DNA of 64,000 nt from Malacoraja senta. Lineage: Eukaryota. Shown piece by piece: positions 13,111 through 26,737 of this stretch. Location: contig CM075978.1 in assembly GCA_038087875.1 (NCBI GenBank), positions 178,064,001 to 178,128,000 of the forward strand, written 5' to 3'. The translations under genes and the position numbers were made by a program. Under the pieces are notes generated by a model. That model saw only the letters and a program-made list of their open reading frames with translations, was not told the origin of the DNA and made no database searches. Each line of letters begins with the position of its first letter. The first letter of the stretch is position 1.

Positions 13111-13814
13111 CTAGCAAGTGAGGTCAGAAATGGTAGGGAAATGTCGGAAATGGTTCAGGTTTATTTGAATGCCAGATGGAAGTTAGTGGTGAAATGGATG
13201 AAGTCAGTGAGTTGTGTGTGGGTGCAGGAGGTAGCACCAATGCAGTCATCAATGTAGCGGAGGTAGCGTTTGGGGATGGGGCCCTGGTACGCCCCGAACA
13301 AAGATTGTTCGAAGTACCCTACAAAGAGGCAGGCATAGCTGGGGCCCATGCGCGTGCACATAGCTACGCCTTGTATTTGGAGGAAATGGGAGGAGTCAAA
13401 GTTATTAAGGGTAAGGACCAGCTCTGCTAGGGGGATGAGACAGGGATTGGTTGGTTCTGCTATCGCAGGAAATGCTACACTTGTCACTTTACCTCCTCCC
13501 TTGACTCCATTCAAGGACCCAATCAGTCTTTCCAGGTGTAGCAGAGGGTCACCTGCACCTCCTCCAACCTCATCGATTGCATCCGCTGCTCTAGATGTCA
13601 GCTGCTCTTCATCGGTGAGACAAGCGTAGGCTTGGCGATCGCTTCGCCGAACACCTCCGTTCAGTTCGCATTAACCTACCTGATCTCCTGGTGGCTCAGC
13701 ACTTCAACTCCCCCTCCCATTCCGAAACCGACCTTTCAGTCCTGGGCCTCCTCCATGGCCAGAGTGAGGACCACCGTAAATTGGAGGAGCAGCACCTCAT
13801 ATTTCGCTTGGGCA

Positions 13815-14030
13815 GTTTCCCTGCCAGAGGGCAGTGGAGGCCAAATCACTGGATGGATTTAAAGAGAGAGTTAGATAGAGCTCTAGGGGCTAGTGGAATC
13901 AAGGGATATGGGGGAGAAGGCAGGCACGGGTTATTGATTGGGGACGATCAGCCATGATCACAATGAATGGCGGTGCTGGCTCGAAGGGCCGAATGGCCTC
14001 CTCCTGCAGCTATTTTCTATGTTTTCTATG
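13815..14030 (+). mobile_element. CR1 3' tail inserted in the Penelope GIY-YIG end
   Basis: FKRELDRAL...GIKGYG and (tatgtt)n tail; Penelope resumes at tttgcacccagc. Confidence 0.88.
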
Positions 14031-14171
14031 TTTGCACCCCAGCGGTATGAACATTGACCTCTAATTTCAGGTAGTCCCTGCTTTCTCCTCCCCTTCTCAG
14101 GTCTCCCTCAGCCACTGTCTCCGCCTCTTCCTTTCTCCTTCCCGCCACCCCCCCCCCACCCTCACATCAGT

Positions 14172-14199
14172 CTGAAGAAGGGTCTCGACCCGAAACGTT
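14172..14199 (+). ncRNA. Minimal type I hammerhead ribozyme motif in Penelope terminal repeat
   Basis: CTGAAGA-a-gggt ctcg accc-GAAA-cg-TT; palindromic ACGT helix III. Confidence 0.75.
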
Positions 14200-14379
14200 G
14201 CCCATTTCCTTCGCTCCATAGATGCTGCCTCACCCGCTGAGTTTCTCCAGCATTTTTGTCTACCTTCGTATTCTTTGATCTGACTGGATAGCATGAAAAA
14301 CAAAGCTTTTCCTTGTACCTCGGCACACATGTCGATAATAAACCTAAACACAAACTTAATTCCCCTGTTACAGTGCATG

Positions 14380-14600
14380 AAGCAAAGGCATTTCCTGACT
14401 TGTTAAGTACCTTGGCCACCCATAAGACCAGAGATTGTATGACCTCTTCTCCTTTCTCCACCGCCATGGTACTTCCTTCATCGGCAGTGGATGCAACAGT
14501 TCACACGTCTCAAAGGGCTTCCGTCTGCAATCACAAACACCAAGGCTCCCTGCGATGCTGGGTTGCATCTGCACTGCTAATCCTGCAACATTCCCACAAG
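14380..14600 (-). mobile_element. Probable continuation of the Gypsy pol relic (RT/RNase H linker)
   Basis: ELLHPLPMKEVPWRW resembles Gypsy LL.K.VPW.W; collinear with 11960-13110. Confidence 0.4.
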
Positions 14601-16044
14601 GTTTCCATTGATCTGCAGCTACCCGTCCTTATTTCTCCTGTGCTCGAGTCTGAACCTCAGTTTGTTTCTTCACGTCTGCACACTGAACTGACCATGACTA
14701 ATGTTTGGGAGGCTCCGGCCACCATTGTGAGTGTACTATCAACACCGAGTGTCTTCACTGCTCTCCCATCCAACCCACATTCCAGTGTAATGTAGAATTA
14801 CTCTGCAAGTCGCACGATCTGTAACACAATGTGCAGACTTGTATGCAAGAAGTGCAGACAGCTCTGAAATGTCTGTCTGGTTTATTCAAGATGCACAGGG
14901 GAATACATGCATGACCAAGTACATCAAGCATGATGTCCCACATTTGAATGTACTGTATTATCTATCAGGATACAACATGCTTGCCTTTGATAAAAATAAG
15001 CGAATGATTTGCCCCTCAATTCACATGAGCATTAATTCTTACTAATCGTTTTAACTCAATTTCCTCTAATGGCTTCACTGAAACATTTATTATTTGTTAA
15101 GTATGCATTTGCTGACCCCATTATTCTAATATAACTGCATTTCACTTTGCATTTCACCACTAAAATGCCAAAGATATAGAGACTGACGAATACTCTTTTG
15201 AGAATTGCAAAGTTGTATCAGTCAAGGGTCGTGGAACTGAGAAGCTGCGTCTTGAGTGGTTCATGGAAAACACAGTCCCTTGTTTAATCTAGGGCAACAA
15301 GAAATGGGCAATATGATGTGGCTTCCCAGCATCGCAGTACCACTTTGTCAATGAAATATGTAACCTATGTTTGTGCCTTGGACACATTCTGCTCGTTCCT
15401 GATCCTGGGTGCCTGACTCTGGAACCCATTTTGGATCTCTTTGTCCGGGACCATCTTTGCCACACATATTCCCCATACCCGATCTTGGGCCCGAACTTTG
15501 CAACAGATTTTGCCCACTTGTGACCGTGGGGTCTTAATTCTGGGACATATTCTGGGGTCTTAATTCTGGGACACATCCTGCCCCTCTCGATCCAGTGCCC
15601 TAACGGCAGGATACATCATGCCCCTACTGATTTGACATGCAGAATTACTCTAGTACTTTGTGTTCTTTGCAAGTTTCCAGCATCTCCAGTTTCTTGTGTT
15701 TACAGAAGTGATCACTTGTCAATGTCAATGGCCACCTGCAGTGAAACTGACAGACCACGTTCTTAGGAGACAATGGTGTCCGATTACTGTGGGGAGGTTA
15801 CATGGAAACAGTTTTTTCCCCCAAGACTGTTTTTAATTCCAAGGCAGCTTTCCATTCGCTCGTCAACTTCTAAAGTAACTTTAAAGTGTGTCTCTAGATC
15901 CCAAGTGAAATCATGTTACAACCGATTTGACCTGTATAATGCAATAGTGTTCCCTAATTTATCAATCGCATTATATCCAATTCGCATTGTGGAAATATGG
16001 ATAGTAGCAGAATAATGACTAATTACAGTGTAATGCTCAAGAAA

Positions 16045-19000
16045 GTGACATCAGGCAGAGGTGGGAGACTCCATCGTCAGAGGTGCAGACAGGAAATTCT
16101 GCAGCAGCAGGCGAGACTCCAGGATGGTGTGTTGCCTCCCTGGTGCCTGGATCCAGGACGTCTCGGAGTGGCTGCACGGCATCCTCAAGAGTGAGGGGGA
16201 GCAGCCGGAGGTTGTTGTACATGTTGGCACAAATGATATAGGTAGGAAGAGGAAGGAGATTCTGCAACAAGAATTTACGGAATTGGGTAGAAGACTGAAA
16301 AGCAGGACCAGCAGGGTAGTGATCTCAGGATTGCTTCCAGTACCATGTGCTGGTGAAGGTAAGAATAGGAAGACTGGGGAAATGAATGTGTGCTGAGGAG
16401 CTGCTGCAGGGGGCAGGGATTCAGATTTCTGGATCATTGGGATCTCTTCCGGGGCAGGGGTGACCTGTATAAAAGGAAGGGTTGCACCTAAACTGGAGGC
16501 ACCTAAACATTGATAGGATTAGACGAGATTGGGAACAAGAACTAGCTATAAAAATCTCGAAAGAGAGTTGGGATAAACACTTGTTATATGTGCATAAATG
16601 CTCGATTAATGTAAGACACATTCTAATTCAATTTAAAATTTTACATAGACTATACTACTCAAAAGCTAAAATAAGTAAATTTTACCCAAATGTCTCTTCC
16701 ATCTGTGATAAATGTCTAAACCAAGAAGCAACTATAGCACATTCTTTTGTTTTTTGTATAAAAATTTAAAAAGTTTGGAATGAAATCTTTGAAATTTTTA
16801 CAAAATTATTTAAAATAAAACTGAAACCGAATGTAGAACTGATTATTTTTGGAACAATCGAAGCCAGTTTGGAGCTGACTTCGTTTCAAAAGAGCTTTCT
16901 TAATTATGGCTTAATAACGGCAAAAAACATAGTGAAATTCTGGAAAAACGCTCCCACGCCAACGATAAAAATGTGGATTTCTAATATGTCGGAACTGTTA
17001 CACCTAGAAGATATGAGATTCCTCTTAGCAGGTAAACCAGACCATTTCCAAAAGATTTGGTCTCCATTCATCGACTTATTACAAATATAGGGTGCAACAA
17101 AATGTTGAAAATAAATGGTTTCAGGACCTGGTGAGGGGTGAGTAAAGATATGAAGTAGGTACATCCTTTTATCTTGTCTTATCTTATCTTACTTTTTTTC
17201 CTTCTTTTTTGTTTTTTTGTTTAACTCTTTCTTGTGGTTTAGGTCCCTACGGGTTTCCCTGGACACTCTTTCACTCACTCACTCACTCACTCACTCACTA
17301 TCTCTGCTAACTCTCTCTATCTTTTTTCTTATTAAAGTTTAAAATAAGAAGTGGTACAAGAAATGTATAATTTTATGTTTGTTTGAGATCACTGCACTGT
17401 ACAATACTTCAAATAAAAAATATAAAAAATAAAATAAAATAAAAACTGGGGGGGGGGGGGGACCAACATCCTAGCAGGAAGGTTTGCGATGCTACACGGG
17501 AGGGTTTAAACTAGATTGACAGGGGGGTGGGATCTCGTGCAGGACAGAGGCACGTGAGAGGCTGGAAGTTAGTATGGAAGGTGGTGTGGGAAAGGTAGTG
17601 GACAGAATAGGTAGGTGAAATGCAGAGAGCGAGGAAGGAGGGTTGGTTAAACTGCATGTATTTTAATGCAAAGGGCCAGACGCGTAAGGCAGATGAGCTT
17701 AGGGCATGGATAGGTACGAGCTACTGGGACTGAAGCCTGGTTAAGGGAGGGGCAGGACTGGCAGTTCAATGTTCTAGGGTACGGGAGCTTCAGGAGAAAC
17801 AGGGGTGAGGGAAAAAGAGGAAGGGGGTTGCATTGTTGGTTAAGGAGGATGTCACGGCTGTGTTCAGAGGTGACATTACGGTTGGTTCATCTAGTGAGGC
17901 TATATGGGTGGAGCTGAGGAACAGGAATGGGATGATCACCTTGTTGGGGGTGTATTACAGACCCCCGAATAGTCAACGGTAATTAGAAAAACAAATGTGC
18001 CGGGAGATTGCAGACAGCTGCAGGTCAAATAAGGTTGATATAGTAGGGGATTTTAACTTTCCCAATATAGACTGGGAAACTCATAGCATGAAGGGTTTAG
18101 ATGGGGTGCAATTCCTCAAAAGTGTTCAGGTGAGTTTTCTTAAGCAGTATATGGAGGTCCCCACAAGTGAGAGGGCAATGCTGGATCTAGTATTGGGAAT
18201 TGGGAAGGGCAAGTTAATGAAGGATGTGTGGAGGAGCCTTTTGGGACCAGTGACCACAGTTTGATTAGGTTTAAGATAGTTATGGATAGGGACGGAGAGG
18301 GTCCACGTGTTAAAATGCTCAACTGGGGTAAGGTCAACTTTGAGGGTATGAGGGAAGGTCTCGCTCAAGTTGTCTGGAGCAGGTTATTTGAGGGGAAAGG
18401 AACATCGGCCAAGTGGGATGTTTTTAAAAGTGTTCTGAAGAAAGCTCAGGATGTGTGCGTCCCAGTTAGAGTGAAGGGCAAAGCAGGCAAAGGTAAGAAA
18501 GCTTGGCTGACGAGGGAAATTGAGACATTAGTCAAAAACAAGAAGGATGCATGAGACAGGTATAGGCAGCTGGGATCAAGTGCATCCCTGAGGAGTTTCG
18601 GGAACTAAGGAGTAAACTAAAAAAGAAAAAGGGCAAAAAGGGGCCAGGAGAGCTCTTGCGGGTAGCATTAAGAACAATCCCAAAAGATTTTATAAATATG
18701 TAAGGGGGAAAATGGTAACTAGAGAGAGAGTGGGACTTCTCAGGAATCAAAGCGGTCACCTCTGTCTGGAGCCACAGGAGATGGGCAAGGTCCTAAATGA
18801 GTATTTCTCCTTTGTATTTACCGAGGAGAAAGACAGTGGGACTGAGGAAATTGGAGCAGTCACTGGAAGTGTCTTGCAAGCAGTCAGGGTTACCGTCGAA
18901 GAAGTACTGAAAGTACTGTCGTGTTTGAAGGTAGACAAATCTCCAGGGCCTGATCAGATATATCTGAGGACTGCGGGAAACTAGAGAGGAAATTGCGAGA

Positions 19001-20220
19001 GCCCTGGTTGAAATTTAGGAGTCATCCTTAAATACAAGAGAGGTGCCGGAAGACTGGAGGGTGGCAAATGTTGTGCTTCTTTTCAAGAAGCGCTGCAGGG
19101 AAAATGCTGGGAACTATAGGCCGGTGAGCTTACTGGAGAGTATTCTGAGAGATAGGTTATACAGGTATTTGGATGGGCAAGGGCTGATTAGGGTCAGTCA
19201 GCATGGTTTTGTACTTGGGAGGTCGTGTCTCACAAATCTGATTGATTTTTTTGAAAATGTGACCAAAAAGGTTGATGAGGGCAGAGCTGTCGATGTTGTG
19301 TACATGGACTACAGTAAGGCATTCGACAAGGTTCCGCATGGTAGGCTGCTCTGGAAGGTTAGATCGCATGGGATCCAAGGAGAGATAGCCCAATGGATAG
19401 CAAATTGGCTCCATGGGAGGAAGCAAAGAGTGATGGTGGAAGGTTGCTTCTCAGGCTGGGGGTCTGTGACTAGCGGTGAGCCTCAGGGTTCGGTGCTGGG
19501 CCCATTACAGTTTGTCATCTACATCAATGATTTGGAAGAGAACATACAGGGCAAAATTAACCAGTTTGCTGATGATACAAAAGTATCAGTGGGTTTTCAG
19601 ATAGTGAAGATAGTATAAACGACATCAGCAGGATATAGATCGATTGGCAAGGTGGGCAGAAGAATGGTTGATGGAATTTAATACAGAGAAATGTAAGGTG
19701 TTGCATTTTGGGATGTCGAACAAGGGCAGGACCTACGCAGTAATTGGTAGGCCTCTGGGTAGTGTTGTAGAGCAGAGGGATCTAGGAGTACAGGTGCATG
19801 GTTCCTTGAAGGTCGAGTCGCAGGTAGATATGGTGGTCAAAAAGGCTTTGGGCACTTTGGCCTTCATCGGTCAGTATTGAGTATAGAAGTTGGGAGGTCA
19901 TGTTGCAGTTGTATAAGACTTGATGAGACCGCATTTAGAATATTGTGTTCAGTTCTGGGCACCATTTTATAGGAAAGATATTGTCAAGCTTGAAAGTGTT
20001 CAGAAAAGATTTACGTGGATGTTGCCAGGACTAGAGGGTGTGAGCTATAGGGAGAGGTTGCGTAGGCTGTGTCTCTATTCCATGGAGCGCAGGAGGATGA
20101 GGGGAGATCTCATAGAGGTGTACAAAAGCATGAGAGGAATAGATCAGGTAGATTACACAGTCTTTTGCCCATAGTATGGAATCAAGGACCAGAGGACATA
20201 GGTTCAAGTGAAGGGAAACA
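16045..20220 (+). mobile_element. Near full-length degenerate CR1 LINE (ORF1 SGNH esterase; ORF2 APE endonuclease and RT)
   Basis: GDSIVRG...VHVGTND (16061..16396); VGDFNFPNIDW, LDLV, SDH; QHGF, DYSKAFDKVPH, PQGSVLGP, FADDTK (19043..19618); multiple frameshifts. Confidence 0.96.
16500..17442 (+). mobile_element. 5'-truncated L1-clade LINE inserted in CR1 ORF1
   Basis: IQFKILHRLYY...CDKC...H...C zinc-knuckle C-terminus, T-rich 3'UTR, A-rich tail, aaactgg on both sides. Confidence 0.9.
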
Positions 20221-20849
20221 TTTATAGTACACAACAACATTTACACGGACTGGCATGGCAAGTGTTCCAACCAATCAACAGAATGAGGGAGGTACACTCA
20301 TATAGAACGTGTCATAGAAACATAGAATATAGATGCCATTAGGCCCATCGAGCCAGCACCGCCATTCAATATGATCATGGCTGATCATTTAAAATAAGCA
20401 CCCCGTTCCTGCTTTCTCCCCATATCCGTTGATTCCGTTAGTCCGAAGAGCTAAATCTAACTCTCTCTTGAACGTCTGTCGTGACCCAGTTCATCCGAAA
20501 GTGCTCTGGAGTCAATGAAGTACATTCCTAACGACAGCTATTAGTGGACCTGTGAAGCCACACAGGAGCATAGCAAGACTCCACACTCGGCAACACGATA
20601 GTAACCTGGAAATCCATAGCTAGCAATGACAGTGGCGGGATAACTTTTAGCTGGCATAGCAGGTGAACTGGCCACCTTTTTACAAACAGGGTAGGGGTTC
20701 TTTTTCTCTTACCCGAGCAGGTTTGTTGATCATCTGACAATAGTACTCTGGGCATTGGAGGCGGTGGTAGGGGAGGTAACAGCTAGGATTTAGTGTTACA
20801 TTTTATGGATCTTGCTGTTTACAGTAGCTATGTTCTTTACATATATATA

Positions 20850-22800
20850 AAACAGGAGCAGGACTAAGCTATTCTTCTGCTCTATTCAAAGATACCATGG
20901 CTGATTGCAACCTCTCTGTACTCCCATCTACCAGCAGATCTTTTACCATCTTGCTTATACATACGTCAACCTTTAAAATATTCTACTGACCTTTGAGGAA
21001 GAGAGTTCAAAGACTCACGAACATCAGGGGGAAAAAAACATCACCTTAAACAAGCAAACCTTTACTTTTATATAGTTCTAAATTCTCCTTCAAACAGAAA
21101 CCTTGTCAAGACCCTTCAGAATGTTGTTATGTTTCAATCATGTCCGTCTCATTCTTCTTAACTCTAATGGTTACAAACCCAGGCTGTCCAATGTTTCCTC
21201 ATTAAAAAATCCTCCTATTCTTGGTATTAGTTGAGCCAACCTTCTCTAAACTGCTTCCAATAGATTAGCATCTTTCGTTAAAAAAGGAAACTAGGGCAGC
21301 ATGGTGACATGTCAGCACAGTTGATGCCTTGCAGTGCTAGAGACCCGGGTTCGATCTTGACTATGGGTGCTGTCTGTACAGAGTTTGTTCCTTATACCCC
21401 GTGCCCACTTGGGTTTTCTCCGGGTGCTCCAATTTCCTCCTACACTCCAAAGACGTACTGATTCATAGGTTAATTGGCATCAGTAAAATTGTAAATTGTC
21501 CCTAGTGCATTGGATAGTGCTAGTGTACGGAGATTGCTGGTCGGTGCGGACCCGGTGGGCCTAAGGGCCTGTTTGCACGCTGTATCTCTAAACTAAAACC
21601 AAACAAATACTTTCCAAAATACTCCGGATGTTGTCTCATCAATTACCCAATATAACTGAAGCATAACCCTCCCCCTATACATTAATACTTAATTCCTCTT
21701 GCAATAAATAAAACACATTCTGCTAGCTTTGCTAATTATTTACAATACCTGCATTTTAGTCAATTATGAACCATGCGCGATGACACCCTCTGCATCTCAG
21801 AGCTCCGCAGTTTAGCACCCGTTAGACAACATACTTATCACACGTTGTACTGCATTTGCTGCATCTTTGCCCACTCACTTAACCTATCCACGTCCCTTTT
21901 GTAGCATCCTCTGCCCGCTTCATATCTTGCTCTCCCACTTAGCTTTTTGAGTCTTCACCAAATTCAGTGATCGTATCATCAGTGCATTCCTGCAGGTCAT
22001 TTACATACTGTAGGTTGTAAAAAGCCGAGACCCCAGCCCTGATCCCTATGCCACGTCAGTCTTTACATCTTGCCAGTCAGAAAAAACCCGCGGATGCCCC
22101 TTCTGGTTCCAGTTAGTTGCCCATCTTCTCTGTATATTAATATGTTATATGAACTTATATCCTACACCAGGAGCTTTTATTTTCTGCAATAACCTTCAAT
22201 GCTGCACCTCATCAAATAGCTTCTGGAAATCCTAGTACATCCATCAGTTGCCCTTTATCTAGTTACTTCTTCACAGAATACCAATAAATTGATCCAACAT
22301 GATTCCTTTCACAAAATAATTTTGACGTTGTATTTTTATCTTCAAGTTTTCAAAGCGTCTGGCTATAACATCTGTGAATAAGAGCTTCTGACATTTTCCC
22401 TGTGTTAATTGAATTGGCCTGTAGTTTCCTGCTTTATCTCTCCCTCCCTATGCTGAACAAAGATGATACATTTGGCATTTCCCGTCTAACCGTACTTGCT
22501 CCAAATCTAGCTAATTTTGGAAGATTTGGACCACCACATCAACCTTCTCACTTCCCACTTCATTTTGTACCCTTGGATGCAGTCCACAAAGACTGCAGCT
22601 CCAACAATTTGCTCCATACCATTTTCTGGGTGAATGTAATATCGTCAAGTTATGTCCTCCTTCGCAATTCCACACCTACAACAATTTCTCGGATTCTCTA
22701 CAAAGAAGACCGATGTAAAATAGCTGTTCAATTTATGTACATACATTCTATTAGTAATCCCACTGACATACTTTCTATAGGAACTCAACCTGATAAATTG
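20850..22800 (-). mobile_element. Old decayed CR1-type LINE interrupted by a SINE
   Basis: Scattered rc matches to RT motifs (tcaaatagcttctggaaatcc, gtcttcaccaaatt, agaccccagccctgatcccta). Confidence 0.6.
21293..21600 (+). mobile_element. HE1/V-SINE
   Basis: B-box ggttcgatc, V-domain, tail gctgtatctctaaactaaa. Confidence 0.9.
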
Positions 22801-22879
22801 ACGATTCCTTCCCCACCTCCACAGATACTGCTCAACCCGTTATGTTCCTCTAGCAGTTTTCTTCCCCCCAGGGTTTAAG

Positions 22880-23070
22880 AGCAGGGGGGAAAGTTCCCAA
22901 CCTTTTTTGTCCCGTTTACCCCTGGCAACTTTAATAGCACATAACAATGTTATTTCACTTATTTATGAACAACTAATGATGAACAGACACAGTCAGTCAA
23001 TGAGGATAAATACGTACAAATCCAGAATCAACAAATTTACCCCCTTGGGTAGGCAAAATTTACCCTCTTG
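22880..23070. mobile_element. Possible hAT-Charlie-like MITE remnant
   Basis: cagggg...ttcccaaccttttt start, repeated tttacccc motifs, similar flanks gtttaagag / gtttagag. Confidence 0.4.
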
Positions 23071-23074
23071 GTTT

Positions 23075-25000
23075 AGAGGCATAGAGTCAAAGAGCTGTGG
23101 AGAACAGAAACAGGCCCTGGAGCCCACCATTTCCATGCCGACCAAGTTGGCATTCTGGGCTCATCCCATAGGACTACATTTGGCCTATATCCCCCTAAAC
23201 CCTTTCTATCCATATATATCTGTCCAAATTGTTTTCTTCATCTGCAGCCTTCTCTGCCTTGGTGGTTCAAGCACTCATACAGATACATTTTTGCAGAGTC
23301 CATTACCCCCTCTGGCACCCTTTCAAAACCTCTTTCTCCTTGCCTTAAATGAATTTCCCTCTGGTTTTAAATGCCTCCTTCACGAGGAAACATTTCTCAC
23401 TGTCCACTCCATCATTCCCCCTCAATTTTGCATATTTCCTTCACGTCCCCTTCAGCCTCCTCCAATCCAAAGAAAACAAACACAGCCCTAACAGCCTCTC
23501 TTCCTATGCCATTCTATCCCAGGAAACATCCTGGTGAATTTCCACTGCACCCTTCCCAATTATTCCTCCTATAGTCACCTTGGATTCCACCACTCAACTA
23601 CACTCCGGTGGCAATTTACAATGGTCAAATCTCTGGAACTCTCTGCCACAGAGGGTAGTTGAGGCCAGTTCATTGGCTATATTTAAGAGGGAGTTAGATG
23701 CGGCCCTTGTGGCTAAGGGGATCAGGGGGTATGGAGAGAAGGCAGGTACGGGATACTGAGTTGGATGATCAGCCATGATCATATTGAATGGCGGTGCAGG
23801 CTCGAAGGGCCGAATGGCCTACTCCTGCACCTATTTTCTATGTTTCTATGTTTCTAACCTACCATCCCGTATGTTTATGGGACATGGGAGGAAATCAGTG
23901 CACATCCTCACAGGGAAAGTGTGCAAACTCCACATAAACAGCACCAGAAGTCAGGATTGAAACCAAGTTGCTGGAACTGTGAGGCAACGGTTCGACTATC
24001 CAAGCTGATATGCTGCCCTTGAGGATGAAGTGAATAAAACTGGGAACATAAATGTTGCAAGAACAAGTTCAGAACTGTTTCACGGACAGAAGGGATTATT
24101 CTGAAAGTGCAGTGATGGCACAAAGCCAGCACTACATTAATACCTTTATATAAAAAATACCAAGTAAAGAAAGTAGTTTGCTATTCAAGTCATTCACTTG
24201 TGTTTTGATCTGCTGCTCATCAACTTCAGTGCAACCTGACTGTGCCAAACTGCTCTTTAACTACAGATTACTTTTGCATGAGAACAAATTGTTCAAGAGG
24301 AAATATTGCAGAAGCAATTTACCCACTCTGAACCAAATTATGTGTAAGGAACAGCAACAGGGGGAAAACAAAATTCTGCTTGTAGTTATTTTGGTTAACA
24401 GCGGGGACACTGCAGGAAGTCCCCATCTGGTTCTGTGAAGAAATTGACTGCTTTTTTAAACCTTCAGCAGATTGATAAGTGTAATGTAATGTAATGTAAT
24501 GTCACCAAAGTAGCTTGAATTTAAAGTGTACCGTTGCGACAGGAACTGAGTGGGATGAAGGGGAAGATAGGAGAGGCTCGGCTTGTATTCCAGGAGTTTA
24601 GAAGAATGAGAGACGACTTGATTGAAACAGATTAAGATCCTGAGGGCTCTTGTCAGGGTGGAAGTGGAGAGGATGTTCCCTCTTGTGAAGCATCTGGAAC
24701 TAGGGTCACTGTTTAAAAATAAGCGGATACCCATTTAATACAGAGATGAGATGAATTATTTTCCCAGTCGTTTGTGAGTCTTTCAAACTCTCTTCCCTAA
24801 AGGGTGGTGGAAGCAAAGTCTTTGAATATTTTTATGACAGAGGCAAAGAGATTCTTGATTAGGAAATGGGGAAAAAAAGTTACCATGGTTACCAGAGCGT
24901 TCAAGAATGTAAAATTAAGCTTACAATCAGATGCGTCATGATCTTTTTAAATGGTCTAGCAATCTCAAGAGGCTGAGTGGCCTCCCTCCTGCTCCTAATA
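23075..25000. mobile_element. Cluster of CR1 3' fragments (23075-23570 -, 23625-23850 +, 24560-25000 +) and a split SINE
   Basis: Typical CR1 C-terminal and tail sequence (tttaagagggagttagat, aagggccgaatggcctactcctgc). Confidence 0.8.
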
Positions 25001-25049
25001 TGTTTGTTCCTTTACAAACCACGGAGAAAATAATTCATCTCATCTCCAG

Positions 25050-25305
25050 GCAGAGCTACCGCCTTACAGCGCCAGAGACACGGTCTCGATCCTGACTACG
25101 GGTGCAGTCGGTACGGAGTTTGTACGTTCTTCCCGTGAACCTGCATGGGTTTTCTCAGAGATCATTGGTTTTCTCCCATACTCCAAAGAGGTGCAGGTTT
25201 GTAGGTTAAATGTGTTGGGATAAAATGTAAAAATGTCTCTAGTGTGTGCAGGATAGTGTTAATGTACGGGAAACGTTGATCGGCATGACAAAGGGCCCGT
25301 TTCTT
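25050..25305 (+). mobile_element. HE1/V-SINE
   Basis: ccttacagcgccagagac, gtacggagtttgtacgttct, V-domain. Confidence 0.85.
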
Positions 25306-25571
25306 CACAACAGGAAACATCCCTTTCACTTCCACATCAAGAGCTACTACACTAATGTCCTAGCTCCCTTAGATCAATATTGGGGGCACAGATATTTGCA
25401 ACAGCAATGATGTATTACCAACTGACCACCTCATCTTAACACCCTCTTCTTCATGACATAACGTAACATTGGCATTAAGGATGGGCAAACATTATTTTTA
25501 TACATTAAAAAAAATAACTTTGGGCTGAGTATCAGGACTGAGTGTATAGAGGAGAGATGGCCAGTATATAG

Positions 25572-26609
25572 TAGGTATGTTACAATACTTACCTTCAGCG
25601 GCGCTGCAATTCTGCCACTGGCCGTGTGCGCGATTTTGGCGCCTTTGAGGGGGGGCGGGGTTAAAACGCGGGTTTCTCCTACCTTGTCCTGTATTATATT
25701 TCGTTGGAGTGCCAGCTTTTGCTGAAACATCGTTCCGATGGGCGTTTTGTGTATTTTTTATTTTTATTCGATTGACAAGTTCAGCGCTGGAATTATTTTA
25801 AAATCAGCTTCGAAAGCCGTCAACGCCACAACGGGGACGGATTTCACGCACGAGACAGGTAAACGAAAGCAGTTTATTTTATGTATAAAAGTGCTTCTTA
25901 AGAGGCCTTTAATTCACATTTTTTAATGCGAAACGGTGATTCTTTTCACCGAACTAGGCAGAATTTTTCATGCCGATACGGGGTTAAATTCACCGCAAAT
26001 CAACGTTCCAAATGATCGTGTTCCAGAAAACCCCACTCGCAAGATGATTTAAATGCCCATTAATTTACAGGTATTAAACATTAAATTCCTTCCATTTGGC
26101 CTGTAAATCCATGACAATGAGATTTAAAAATTATGTTATATTGTGAATTATTGTGTGAATGTTATTTGGACACTTAGGCTATTTAAAAATGTTAATCTAT
26201 TCTTAAGAAATTGATAGATGTTTAGATCTAGTAATTGAATTTTGTAATTAGCTACAATTAGGTAACTAACTAATTATATGCTTTAATTTCATGTCATCTA
26301 AGTAAGATTGTTTCATATTTGTTTCAGAATGCTTCAATCTATAATAACTGAAAATTTCTTTCAGTTCTCTTAATTTTTAAGAAAGTTATGGGCTTTTGAC
26401 TGTCCTCGATCAGAGCTTTTGTGTTAAGTCAATGGAAAAGCAATAGGGAACAAGATGCTAATTTCCGAGTATGAAACTGGCCATAACATTTTTAATACTG
26501 AAGATATGAAAGTGCATTAGGTGTCAAATTAAACGTCTTTTTATGCTTTATCTGATGGGATAAATTACAGACTTTATTTTTTAAATGTCAAAATTTTGTA
26601 ACATTGCTA
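25572..26609. mobile_element. Non-autonomous TIR DNA transposon, TAG...CTA ends, 7-bp TSD
   Basis: TIR taggtatgttacaatactt vs rc tagcaatgttacaaaattt (15/19); tatatag at 25565-25571 and 26610-26616. Confidence 0.75.
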
Positions 26610-26737
26610 TATATAGGTGTGATGAGGGAGCATTGAGACAGACTACTAAGTGACGGTGGAAACATAAGTAAAGAAATAAAAATTAGGCAGATGATTCCAA
26701 GTTGGGGCAAGAAGGGAGAAGGATAGAGAAAGAAAAA

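Larger units (their letters stand above)
13130..14267. mobile_element. Penelope-like element fragment: RT on - strand, GIY-YIG and terminal repeat on + strand
   Basis: QIQGVAMCTRMGPSYACLF...YLRYIDD (13161..13514, -); LFIGET and VAQHFNSPSH...EEQHLIFRLG (+); hammerhead motif at 14172-14199. Confidence 0.92.

Noticed and set aside
19043-19618. 191-aa RT ORF as an active gene
   Set aside because: Part of a frameshifted, L1-interrupted CR1 copy.
20721-20775. Possible short + strand exon between ag and gt
   Set aside because: No recognisable homology; such sites arise by chance.
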